From contig NC_057719.1 in assembly GCF_004010195.1 (NCBI RefSeq), forward strand, positions 35,919,041 to 35,983,040: 64,000 nt of DNA. The letters run 5' to 3'. Under the pieces are notes generated by a model that was not told where the DNA came from, did not search any database, and worked only from the letters and a program-made list of their open reading frames with translations. Source of the DNA: Chiloscyllium plagiosum (Eukaryota). Below are positions 39,978 to 51,947 of this stretch, in pieces (position 1 is the stretch's first letter; each line of letters begins with the position of its first letter). A program made the position numbers and the translations under genes.

Positions 39978-42900
39978 AGTCAGAGAATTATAGTGATGTA
40001 TAGCACAGTAACAGACCCTTCAGTCCAACTTATCTATTCCAACCAGATATCCCAGCCTAATCTAGTCCCATTTGTCAGCACTTGGCCCATATCCGTCTAA
40101 ACCCTTCCTATTCATATACCTACCCAGATGCCTTTTAAATGTTGTAATTGTACCAGCCCTCCACCACTTTTTCTGGCAGCTAATTCCATCTATGCACCAC
40201 CCTCTGCTTGAAAACGTTGCCCCTTAGGTCCCTTTTAAATTTTTGCTCCCCCCACCCTAAATGTTTGTCCTCTGTATACACCCCCACCCCCAGGAAAAAG
40301 ACTTTGTCTATTTATCCTATCCATGCCCCTCATGATTTTATAAACCTCTATAAGGTCACCCCTCAGCCTCCAATGCTCCAGGGAAAACAGCCCCAGCCTA
40401 TTCAACCTCTCCCAATAGCTCAAATCCTCCAACCTTGGCAGCATCCTTGTAAATCTTTTCTGAATCCTTTCAAGTTTCACAACATCCTTCTGATAGGAAG
40501 GAGACCAGACAATATTCCAAAAGTGGCCTAACTAATGTCCTGTACAGACACAATGTGATCTCCCAACTCCTGTACTCAATACTCTGACCAATAAAGGAAA
40601 GCATACCAAACACCTTCTTCACTATCCTATCGACCTGCGACTCCACTTTCAAGGAGCTATGAACCAGCATTCCAAGATGTCTTTGTTAGCAACACTCCGC
40701 AGGACCTTACCATTAAGTGTATAAGTCCTGTTCAGATTTGCCTTTCCAAAATGCAGCACCTCACATTTATCTAAATTAAACTCCATCTGCCAATCCTCAG
40801 CCCATTGGTCCATCTGATCAGATTCTGTTGTACTCTGAGGTAACCTTCTTCATTGTCCACTACACCTCCAACTTTGGTGTCATCTGCAAACTTACGAACT
40901 ATACCTCCAATGTTTACAGCCACCTCATTTATATAAATGATGAAAAGCAGTGGACCCAGCACCGCTCCTTGTGGCACTCCACTGGTCACAGGCCTCGGTC
41001 TGAAAGGCAACCCTCCACCAGCATCCTCTGTCTTCCACCTTTGGGCCAGTTCTGTATCCAAATGGCTAGTTGTCCCTGTATTCCATGTGATCTAACTTGC
41101 TAACCAGTTTAACATAAGGAACCTTGTTGAACGCCTTACTGAAGTCCATATAAATCACATCTACCGCTCTGCCCTCATCAATTCTCTTTGTTACTTCTTC
41201 AGAAAACTCAATGAAATTTGTGAGACATGATTTCACACGCACGAAGCCATGTTGACTATCTCTAATCAGTCCTTGCCTTTCCAAATATATGTAAATCCTG
41301 TCCCTCAGGATTCCCTCCAACAACTTCCCCACTACTGATGTCAGGATCACCGGTCTATAGTTCCCCGGCTTTTCCTTATCACTTTTCTTAAATAGTGGCA
41401 CCACATTAGACAACCTCTGGTCTTCTGGCACCTCGCCTGTGACTATTGATGGTACAAGGGTCTCAGCAAAGAGCCCAGCAATCACTTCCCTAGCTTGCCA
41501 CAGAATTCTAGGGTACATCCGATAAAATCCTGGGGATTTATCCACCTGTTTGCATTTTAAGACATCCAGCACCACCTCATTTGTAATATGGACATTTCTT
41601 CAAGATGTCACCATCTATTTCCCCACAATCTATATCTTCCATATCCTTCTCCACAGTAAACACTAATGCAAAATATTCATTTAGTATCTCCCCCATCTCG
41701 TGCATTTCTACGAGTAGGCTGCCTTGCTGATCTTTGAGAGGCCCTATTCTCTCCCTAGTTACCCTTTTGTCCTTAATGTATTTATAGAATCCCTTTGGAT
41801 TCTATAAATACATTAAAGGTGGGGGATGGTGCAAGTGTAGCTGCGGAAGATGGACTGTTCCACATAATCCAACTGCCCCGGCCGATCCATTGTCTCAGCC
41901 TGCTCCTGCCCCACCGAACTCATCTCTGCATACCTCGACACTGTCCCTTAGTCCCTTACCCCTTAGTCCAAGAACTCCCCACCTACGTTTGGGACACCAC
42001 CCACGCCCTCCACCTCCTCCATGATCTTCGCTTCCCCAGCTCCCAACGCCTTATCCTCACCATGGACATCCAGTCCCTATACACTTCCATCCGCCATCAC
42101 GAAGGCCTCCAAGCCCTCCGCTTCTTCCTCTCCCGCCGACCCAACCAGTACCCTTCCACTGACACCCTCCTTTGACTGACTGAACTGGTCCTCACTCTTA
42201 ACAACTTCTCCTTCCAATCCTCCCACTTCCTCCAAACCAAAGGAGTAGCCATGGGCACCCGCATGGGCCCCAGCTATGCATGCCTCTTCATCGGATTATG
42301 TGGAACAGTCCATCTTCTGCAGCTACACTTGCACCATCCCCTACCTTTTCCTCCACTACATTGATGATTGTATTGGCGCTACCTCGTGCTCCCACGAGGA
42401 GGTTGAACAGTTCATCCACTTTACTAACCGTCCTAAAGGATCCTTCCATATCTGTCGCAAATTCACCTGCACCTTCACACCTTTCACCCCGACCTCAAAT
42501 TTACCTGGACCGTCTCAGACTCCTCCCTCCCCTTCCTAGACCTCTCCATTTCTATCTCGGGCGACCGACTCAACACAGACGTTTACTACAAACCGACCGA
42601 CTCCCACAGCTACCTAGATTACACCTCCTCCCACTCTGCCCCCTGTAAAAATGCCATCCCTTATTCCCAATTCCTTCGTCTCCGCCGCATCTGCTCCCAG
42701 GGGAACCAATTCCACTACCGAACAGCCCAAATGGCCTCCTTCTTCAAAGGCGTGGTCAATGATGCTCTCCATTGCATCTCCTCCACTTCCCGCACTCTGC
42801 TCTTGAACCCTGCCCCTCCAATTGCCACCAGGACAGAACCCCACTGGTCCTCTCCTTCCACCCCACCAACCTTCAGATACGTCGTATTATCCTCCGTCAT

Positions 42901-44432
42901 TTCCGCCACCTCCAAACAGACCCCACCACCAGAGATATATTTCCCTCCCCACCCCTATCAGCGTTCCAGAGAGACCACTCCTTCCATGACTCCCTCGCCA
43001 GGTCCAAACCCCCCACCAACCCAATCTCCACCTTCCCCTGCATCCGCAAGAAGTGAAAAACTTGCGCCCACACCTCCCCCCTCACCTCCCTCCAAGGCCC
43101 CAATGGATCCTTCCATATCCGTCGCAAATTCACCTGCACCTTCAAACACATCATTTACTGTATCCGCTGCACCCCACATGGTCTCCTCTACATTGGGGAG
43201 ACAGGCCGCCTACTTGCGGAACGTTTCAGGGAACACCTCTGGGACACCCGCACCAACAAACCCAACCGCCCCGTGGCTGAACACTTTAACTCCCCCTCCC
43301 ACTTGGCCAAGGACGTGCAGGTCCTTGGCCTCCTCTATCGTCAGACCCTGGCCACACGACGCCTGGAGGAAGAGAGCCTCATCTTTTGCCTAGGAACCCT
43401 CCAACCACACGGGATGAATGTAAATTTCTCCAGCTTCCTCATTTCCCCTCTCCCCACCTTATCTCAGTCCTAACCCTGGATTCAGCACTGCCTTCTTGAC
43501 CTGCAATTTTCTTCCCAACCTCTCCGCCCCCACTCCCACTCCCGGCCTTCCCTGACCTGCTGCGCTTTTCCAGCACCACACTTTTCAACTCTGGTCTCCA
43601 GCATCTGCAGTCATCACTTTCTCCTCCTCAATTTCTTTGGTCATCCAACATTCTCTACACATACCAGCCTTGTCTTTTCACCCGAATAGGAATATACTGT
43701 CTCTGGTCTCTTGTTATCTTGTTTTTGAAGACTTCCCATTTTCCACTCATCCCTTTATCTGTAAATATCTGCCCGCAATCAGCTTTTGAAAGCTCTTGCC
43801 TAATACCGTCAAAATTGGCCTTGCTCCAATTTAGAACCTCAACTTTTAGATCCGGTTTGTCCTTTTCCGTCTCTATTTTAAAACTGATAGAATTTTGGTC
43901 GCTAGCCTCAAAGTGCTCCCAAGTGACATCTCAGTCACTTGCCCTGCCTTATTCGCCAAGAGTAGGTCAAGTTTTACACTTCAACTAGAAGGTAAATCCA
44001 TATGATGAATCGGAAAATGTTTTTCTAGACACTTAACAAATTTCTCTCCATCTAAACCTTAACACTATGGCAGTCCCAGTCTATGTTTGGAAACCATAAC
44101 CACCCTATTATTCTTACTGATAACTGAAATCTCCCTACAAATTTGTTTCTCAATTTCCTGCTGAGTATTGGGGTGGGGGGTCTATAATACAATCTCAATA
44201 AGGTCATCATCCCTTTCTTATTTCTCAGTTCTATCCATATAGCTTCCCTGTATGCATTAATATGTATGTATGTATGTATGTATGAATATCCTCCCTAAGT
44301 ACAGTTGTAATGCTATCCCTTATCAAAAATGCTACTCCCCCTACTCTCTTGCCCCCCGCTTTCTATCCTTCCTATAGCATTTGTATCCTGCAATATTAAG
44401 CTGCCAGTCCTGTCCATCCCTGAGCCAAGTCT
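39978..44432 (-). mobile_element. Long CR1 LINE ORF2 pseudogene, split by a PLE insertion
   Basis: RT ORFs 40235-41575 (KSPG, YRPV, SQHGF, FADDTK); APE-side sequence resumes at 43626-44432. Confidence 0.93.
41815..43625 (+). mobile_element. PLE fragment: RT + Cys linker + GIY-YIG endonuclease (Neptune-like), pseudogenised
   Basis: MDIQSLYTSI, GVAMGTRMGPSYA, YIDD, FLD, YYKPTD; PCxRKK*KTC linker; IIYCIRC..LYIGETGR..ERFREH; stop at 43471-43473; pseudo-LTR tail with the hammerhead segment deleted. Confidence 0.93.
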
Positions 44433-44439
44433 CATCATC

Positions 44440-44814
44440 GCATCAGAGGCTGAGGGGTGACCTTGTAGTGGTTTATAAAATCATGAGGGGCATGGATAGG
44501 ATAAATAGACAAAGTCTTTTCCTTGGGGTGGGGGAGTCCAGAACTAGAGGGCATAGGTTTAGTGTGAGAGGGGAAAGATATGAAAGAGACCTAAGGGACA
44601 ACTTTTTCACTCAGAGGGTGGTACGTGAATGGAATCAGCTGTCAGAGGAAGTGGTGGAGGATGGTACAATTGCAACATTTAAAATGCAGATAGATGGGTA
44701 TATGAATGGGAAGGTTTGGAGGGATATGGGCCAAATGCTTGAAAAAGAGACTAGAGTAGGTTAGGATATCTGGTCGGCATGGACGGGTTGGATCAAAGGG
44801 TCTGTTTCCATGCT
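44440..44814 (+). mobile_element. CR1 3' end, near-duplicate of 46203-46580
   Basis: LRGDL..YKIMRG, NFFTQRVV; central block identical to the second copy. Confidence 0.9.
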
Positions 44815-46600
44815 AGAATAGTGCGCCTCTAAGATCAGAAAGGCGGCGTGTGTGTGGAGCCACAGAAAATTGGGGAGATATTAAATGAATATTTTGCATC
44901 AGTATTCACTGTGGAAAAGGATATGGAAGATATAGACTGTAGAGAAATCGATGGTGACATCTTGCAAAATGTCCAGATATACAGAAGAGGAAGTGCTGGA
45001 TGTTTTCAAACGGTTAAAGGTGGATAAATCCCCAGGACCTGATCAGGTGTACCCGAGAACTCTGTGGGAAGCTCGAGAAGTGATTGCTGGGCCTCTTGCT
45101 GAGATATTTGTATCATCGATAATCACAAGTGAGATGCCAGAAGAGTGGAGTTTGGCAGACGTGGTGCCACTGTTTAAGAAGGGTGGTAAAGACAAGCCAG
45201 GGAACTTTCGACCGGTGAGCCTGACCTCGGCGGTCGGCAAGTTGTTGGAGGGAATCCTGATGGACAGGATGTACATGAATTTGGAAAGGCAGGGACTGAT
45301 TCGGGACAATCAACATGGCTTTGTGCGTGGGGAATCATGTCCCACAAACTTGATTGAGTTATTTGAAGAAGTAACAAAGAAGATTGATGAGAGCAGAGCA
45401 GTGGATCTGATCCATATGGACTTCAGTAAGGCGTTCAACAAGGTTCCCCATGGGAGACTGATTAGCAAGGTTAGATCTCATGGAATACAGGGAGAACTAG
45501 CCATTTGGATACAGAACTGGCTCAAAGGTAGAAGACAGAGGGTGGGGGTTGAGGGTTGTTTTTCAGACTGGAGGCTTGTGACCAGTGGAATGCCACAAGG
45601 ATCGGTGCTGGGCCCTCTACTTTTTGTCATTTACATAAATGATTTCAATGTGAGCATAAGAGGTACAGTTAGTAACTTTTCAGATGACACCAAAGTTGCA
45701 GGTGTAATGAACAGCAAAGAGGGTTTCCTCAGTTTCCAACAGGATCTGGACCAGATGGGCCAATGGGCTGAGAAGTGGCAGATGGAGTTTAATTCAGATA
45801 AATGCGAGGTGCTGCATTTTGGGAAAGCAAATCTTAGCAGAACTTCTACATTTAATGGTAAGATCCTAGGGTGTGTTGCTGAACAAAGAGGCCTTGTAGT
45901 GCAGGTTCATAGCTCCTTGAAAGTGGATTTGCAGGTAGATAGGATAGTGAAGAAGGCATTTTGTATGCTTTCCTTAATTGGTCAGAGTACCGAGTACAGG
46001 AGTTCGGAGGTCATGTTGCGGCTGTACAGGGCATGGGTTAGGTCACTCTTGGAATATTGCGTGCAATTCTGGTCTCCTTCCTATCGTAAAGATGTTATGA
46101 AACTTGAAAGGGTTCAGAAAAGATTTTCAAGGATATTGCCAGGGTTGGAGGATTTGAGCTACAGGGAGAGTCTGAACAGACTGGGGCTGTTTTCCCTGGA
46201 GTGTCAGAGCCTGAGGGGTGACCTTCGAGAGGTTTACAAAATTATGAGGGGCATGGATACGATAGGATAAATAGACAAAGTCTTTTCCTTGGGGTCCGGG
46301 GTTTCCAGAACTAGAGGGCATAGGTTTAGTGTGAGAGGGGAAAGATATGAAAGAGACCTAAGGGACAACTTTTTCACTCAGAGGGTGGTACGTGAATGGA
46401 ATCAGCTGTCAGAGGAAGTGGTGGAGGATGGTACAATTGCAACATTTAAAATGCAGATAGATGGGTATATGAATGGGAAGGTTTGGAGGGATATGGGCCA
46501 AGTGCTGGCAAAAGAAACTCGAGTAGGTTAGGATATCTGACCGGCATGGACGGTTTGGACCAAAGGGTCAGTTTTCGTGCTGTACATCTCTATGACTATA
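44815..46600 (+). mobile_element. CR1 LINE RT fragment with 439-aa open frame (44951-46270)
   Basis: KSPGPD, FRPVSLTS, QHGF, DFSKAF, GMPQGSVLGP, FSDDTK; 5'-truncated, frameshift near 46260. Confidence 0.95.
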
Positions 46601-46622
46601 ACTAAAACACTGCTCCAGGCTA

Positions 46623-47223
46623 AAAAGGTAAAAACAATGACTACAGATGCTGGAAACCAGATTCTGGATCAGTGGTGCTGGAAGAGCACAGCAGTTCAGG
46701 CAGCATCCGAGGAAAGGCAAAATCGACGTTTCGGGCAAAAGCCCTTCATCAGGAATAAAGGCAGAGANNNNNNNNNNNNNNNNNNNNNNNNNNNNNNNNN
46801 NNNNNNNNNNNNNNNNNNNNNNNNNNNNNNNNNNNNNNNNNNNNNNNNNNNNNNNNNNNNNNNNNNNNNNNNNNNNNNNNNNNNNNNNNNNNNNNNNNNN
46901 NNNNNNNNNNNNNNNNNNNNNNNNNNNNNNNNNNNNNNNNNNNNNNNNNNNNNNNNNNNNNNNNNNNNNNNNNNNNNNNNNNNNNNNNNNNNNNNNNNNN
47001 NNNNNNNNNNNNNNNNNNNNNNNNNNNNNNNNNNNNNNNNNNNNNNNNNNNNNNNNNNNNNNNNNNNNNNNNNNNNNNNNNNNNNNNNNNNNNNNNNNNN
47101 NNNNNNNNNNNNNNNNNNNNNNNNNNNNNTGTAGGGCTTTTGCCCGAAACGTCGATTTTGCCTGTCCTCGGATGCTGCCTGAATTGCTGTGCTCTTCCAG
47201 CACCACTGATCCAGAATCTGGTT
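46623..47223. mobile_element. Fold-back PLE-derived element (family A) spanning an assembly gap
   Basis: 46650-46745 is inverted relative to 47133-47228; TSD tccaggcta 46614-46622 / 47224-47232. Confidence 0.88.
46721..46756 (-). ncRNA. Minimal hammerhead ribozyme motif, family A, intact core
   Basis: attc CTGATGA a gggc-tttt-gccc GAAA cgtc gatt. Confidence 0.75.
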
Positions 47224-47232
47224 TCCAGGCTA

Positions 47233-47750
47233 GCTTAGTATCTATGTTTTATATTGTTAAAATTTAATCAAGAGACAGATCTCAATAAAACATATGATCA
47301 AAAAAGAACTCATTCTACTCACTAATGTAGACTTACTGTAAGGTTCCATGTTAAGAACTATGCAACTGTGCTGCAAACTCACCCACACCGGTTCTTCCAA
47401 GATCAGCTGTGAGTCTCGCTGTTTGTTAATGTTTCCTAGACGCACTCCGATATCCAGAGATACTTGAACTAAAACAGCAAAGGCAGTAACTGTGCAGATT
47501 CACTGCTGTGTCAGACAGCAGTATAGGTTTCTTTCTCTGACCATGTTGTCTCTACCTTTGCCTGTCTTCCTCCTTTTGAAAGTGCTGTTGTTTGATCTTT
47601 TCACCCTCACGTTCGAAAACGATGCAACAGCTTATAAAACAGTAATTGCTGCTCTTGGAATTTGAGGAATTCACCTCCAACACCTAAAATACCTCAAAAA
47701 AGGAGCAGCTCTTACGGTCACAATTTTTTTCCCGTTCTTCATCTTGGATT
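47233..47750 (-). mobile_element. Probable CR1 5' UTR
   Basis: Collinear with and upstream of the minus-strand CR1; begins aatccaagatgaagaacggg; assignment inferred. Confidence 0.4.
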
Positions 47751-47777
47751 ATTGTTGCTTATTGGTATACTGTTTCA

Positions 47778-48250
47778 GATTTAGAGTCATAGAGATGTAC
47801 AGCACGGAAATAGAGCCTTCGGTCCAACCTGTCCATGCCGACCAATTATTCCAACCCAATCTAGTTCCATCTGCCAGCACCCTCCAAACCCTTCCTATTC
47901 ATATACTCATCCAAATGCCTTTTAAATGTTGCAATTGTAACAGCCTCCGCCACTTCCTCTGGCCGCTCATTCCATACATGTACCACCCTCTGCGTGAAAA
48001 AGTTGCCCCTTAGGTCCCTTTTATATCTTTCCCCTCTCACCCTAAACCCAGGCCCTCTAGTTCTTGACTTCCCCCACCCCAGGGAAAAGCCTTTGTCTAT
48101 TTATCCTATCCATGCCCCTCATAATTTTGTAAGCCTCTATAAGGTCAGCCTTCAGCCTCCGATGTTCCAGGGAAAACAGCCCCAGTCTATTCAACCTCTG
48201 CCTATAGCTCAAATCCTCCAACCCTGGCGACATTCTTGTAAATCTTTTCT
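47778..48250 (-). mobile_element. CR1 3' fragment
   Basis: RFTRMSPGLEDLSYRQRLNRLGLFSLE. Confidence 0.9.
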
Positions 48251-48561
48251 TTCTTGCAAATTCTATAAATGCTTGATTACATTTCTTTCTAATTGTCCTA
48301 CGTTGTAACTTGAATGAGAAGATTTCAGCATTGAACACTACTTTATTAGCACATCTTTAGTCTGCTGATTCCTCTTCTAACAAACTACTGTACGTACTTA
48401 TAAAGACTATCTGTACCCTGCACCTTGCAAGATCAGAACTAATGTCCTAGCGGTAGTATTTGTCCATGCAGATGGGGAAGGCTTCAACTAAAATGGTAGG
48501 GAGCTGGGAACCTGTGCACAGAAGCAGAACAGAGGGAAACAAAGACAAAAATAAAATCTCA

Positions 48562-49635
48562 TCAGACAATCAGACATTGGGCAGAATTAGGCCACTCAGC
48601 CCGTTGAGGCAGACGTGGGTACTGCAGATGCTGGAGAATAGAGTCAAGATTAGAGTGGCGCTAGAAAAACACAGCAGGTTCAGGCAGCATCCAAAGAGCC
48701 GGAAAATCGACATTTTGGGCAAAGTCCCTTCATCAGGAAAGCCTGATGAAGGGCTTTTGCCCGAAACATCGATTTTTCTGCTCCTTGGATGTTGCCTGAT
48801 CTGCTGTGCTTTTCCTGCACCATTCTAATCTTCACTCAACCCATTGAGTCAGCTCTGGCATTTGATCATGGCTGATAACGTTTCTCAACCCCATTCTCCT
48901 GCCTCTTCCCCTAACCCTTGATCCCCTTACCAATCAAGAACCTGTCTATTTCTGTCTTAAATTCACTCAGTAACTTAGCCTCCACAGGCCTCTGTAGCAA
49001 TAGGTTCAATAGATTAACTACACTATGGCTAAAGAAATTCTTCCTCCTCTCCATTCGAAAGGATCATCCCTTGATTCTGAGGCTGTGCCCTTGGGTCCTA
49101 GTCTCTTCTACTCATGGAAACATCTTCTCCAATCTACTCTATCCATGCCACTCAATATTCTGTAAGTTTCAATCAGATCCCCCCTCCCGCTCCCTCTAAA
49201 CTCCATCGAGTACAGAATCCACTCCTCCTATGACAAGCCTTTCATCCCTGGCATCATTCTTGTAAATGCCCTCTGGTCCCCTCCAATACCAGCACATCCT
49301 TCCTTAGAATATAGGCCCCAAACTATTCAATATTACAAATGAGGTCTGACCAGAGCCTTTTGCAGCTTCAGCAGGAAATCTCTTGTATTCTAGTCCTCTT
49401 CGAATGAATGCTTTTTTTGCAGTTGCACTTCTAACTGTCAACTGAACCTGCATGTTAACCTTGAGAATCCTGAACTAGAACTCCTAAGTCCTTTTGTGCT
49501 TCAGATTTCTGAATCCTTTCCCTTATTATAAAATAGTCTACATCTCTGTTATTCCAACAAAAGTGCATAACCTCACACTTTCCCACATCGTATTCCACCT
49601 ACCACTTCTTTGCCCATTCTTCTACCCTGTCTGAA
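48562..49635 (-). mobile_element. CR1 3' fragment carrying a palindromic PLE insertion in its 3' UTR
   Basis: gaattaggcc..atcatggctgat 3' UTR, aagaaattcttcctc, cctcacactttcccac. Confidence 0.85.
48613..48832. mobile_element. 220-bp palindromic PLE-derived element with two head-to-head hammerheads (family A)
   Basis: Arms 48646-48737 / 48742-48832, centre cccttcatcagg-aaag-cctgatgaaggg; imperfect ~20-bp TSD 48593-48612 / 48833-48852. Confidence 0.88.
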
Positions 49636-49904
49636 TCAAAGGCAAAATGGGAAAGAAAAGATTGTGATAAGTAGAGAGATCAAGAATGGTAATCAGACAG
49701 GAGTGCAATGTAAAATAATACAAATTGGATTAAGAATGATGAAAAGCTAAACTTAAGGTCTTGTGCCTTATTATATGGAACATTTATAACAAAGTGTATG
49801 AATTAGTCATGCCAACAGATCTAAATAGGTATATTTTTGATTGTAGAAATTTATCTGCAGGATGACAAGGGCTGCGAACTGAATATCCAAGGGGATTCAG
49901 TTTT

Positions 49905-50265
49905 CAGGGGTTTATAGAAACTTATAAAATTCTAACAGAACTAGACAGGGTAAACATAGGAAGAATGTTCCTGATGACCGGGGTGGGGGGGGGGGGGGGT
50001 CCAGAACCATTTAGGACTAAGATGAGGAGCAGTTTCTTCACACACAGTGGTGAGCCTGTGGAGTTCTCAGTCACAGGAAGTGGTTGAGTCCAAATCATTG
50101 ATGTTTTCAAATGGAGTTAGATAAAGTTCTTTGGAATAAAGAGATCAATGGTATGGGGATAAAGAGGGAACAGGCTACTGAGTTGGATAATCATCCATGA
50201 TCACATCATAGTGGGGCTGGCTCAAAGGACTGAATGGCCTACCGCTGCTCCTATTTTCTATGTTT
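49905..50265 (+). mobile_element. CR1 3' end
   Basis: atagaaacttataaaattctaacag, ttcttcacacacag, cctattttctatgt tail. Confidence 0.82.
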
Positions 50266-50314
50266 TTATGTAACATTAAGGTCCAAACATCTTTTGGCCA
50301 CTTCAACTCATGTG

Positions 50315-50613
50315 ACCATGAGAACCTTTTTCCACGTATGGAGTCAGCTATTACGAGGGGGCATAGCTTTAAATTAAGGGGTGGTAGGTATAGGACAGAT
50401 GTTAGGGGTAGATTCTTTACTCAGCGAGTCGTGAGTTCATGGAATGCCCTGCCAGTAGCAGTGGTGGACTCTCCCTCTTTATGGGCATTTAAACGAGCAT
50501 TGGATAGGTATATGGAGGATAGTGGGCTAGTGTAGGTTAGGTGGGCTTGGATCGGCGCAACATCGAGGGCCAAAGGGCATGTACTGCGCTGTATTCTTCT
50601 ATGTTCTATGTTC
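50315..50613 (+). mobile_element. Young CR1 3' end
   Basis: TRGHSFKLRGGRYRTDVRGRFFTQRVVSSWNALP; (ttctatg)n tail. Confidence 0.92.
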
Positions 50614-51200
50614 TCAGCTATCTTTTCAATTGAGGTGAAATATCTTTCAACTCGATCCTTTCTAAAGTTCAACAGTGTATAGCTTTCTAGTTAAATCAAA
50701 TCTCTCACTGGAATGAGAATCATCCTCTAGCCAGGTCATGTAAACTGTTTTCCCTTTTTCTTTGGATTTCAAGATTTTGTATATTATGTTTCCCTTTCCC
50801 TCAATGATTCTTTTTTTCTTTATATTTCTCTTTTCCTTTCTCTTTCTTGCCAATTCAAGCTTTATTTCCATCTCTTTTCATTTTTCTTTATTTATTTCTC
50901 TTTGCATTCTATTTCTCCATTCTTCCCTTTTTCTTCCAGATCACATTTTGTATTTTCTTTTTCTTTTAACTCAAATTTTAATTTCTTTCTAAATCTTTGC
51001 TAATTATAACAATGACACACCAACTTCAGGTTTTTCTCCCTTTAATTCTAAATGCTGGATATTCACTTTAAGCATCTGATTCTTTCAAGTCCTCCTTTTA
51101 TTACTACCTTCAATTTGTTCACAAACTGTCTGGTTAGCTTTAGTCAATGACTTTAAATAACACTGTTACAATTTTCACTCTCAAAAGTCTTAATAACTGT
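50614..51200 (-). mobile_element. Decayed Gypsy gag relic
   Basis: FRKDRVERYFTSIEKIAE (cf. FxExDVExFFxxFEKIA), preceded by a K/E/R-rich coiled-coil-like tract. Confidence 0.55.
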
Positions 51201-51947
51201 TAAAGCCATTTGCATGTCCAATCCATGTAATAAACTTTAAAACAATTCTTCTGCCTTTATGCTTGTCCCTTCCATGTACAGGGGATCCCCAATTTATGAG
51301 CATTTGTCTTATGCACATTCTACTTACAAATGCGATCCCATACAGGGGTGTAATTTTAAATATCCAACATGTGAACATTTCCTGTACTTATGAATGGCTG
51401 CTTTATATTGTCTTGCATTATGTCCTTTCTTGTTTACAAATCGACTTGTGAATAGGTTCAAGAAGGGAACCAGTTTGAACCCAGGGACTGCTTGTACTCA
51501 TTTCCGTAAACTTCACAGATCGCTCTTAAATTCAATGCAAGTTTCTATCCCAACAAGCGTTCCTACTTTGTTATGATTCCAGCCGGTGGGAGTACTGGGC
51601 AAATCAGACTCCAGATTGAAACCTGGCTCGATTGGCTGTAACTTTAATTTTTGAAATTTAAATCCCATGGTGATTAGACACTGAACACATTCACAAGAGC
51701 TGCAATGTACTCTCAATAAAATGATATCAAAATTTATTACATACAAAAGGGAAAACAAGCAAACTACATAAGAACTATGTGAATCAGTTTTGTTATAAAT
51801 ATATCAGAAGGTCACTGTGTTTCCACTGTAAAGTTGCTTTCTCAGTTTGCATAGTTGTATCTTACTTGATGCCATTTTCTTTGCTTAATATCTCCTCATG
51901 AGTCCCTTAAGAGCAAAATGCTGATACAGATCACTTACTACTTCACA

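Noticed and set aside
42731..43393. 220-aa Pro-rich ORF as a host protein
   Set aside because: Mostly an off-frame reading of the C-rich PLE ORF
44951..46270. 439-aa ORF as an active or domesticated gene
   Set aside because: 5'-truncated CR1 ORF2 lacking APE, with a C-terminal frameshift; ordinary LINE copy
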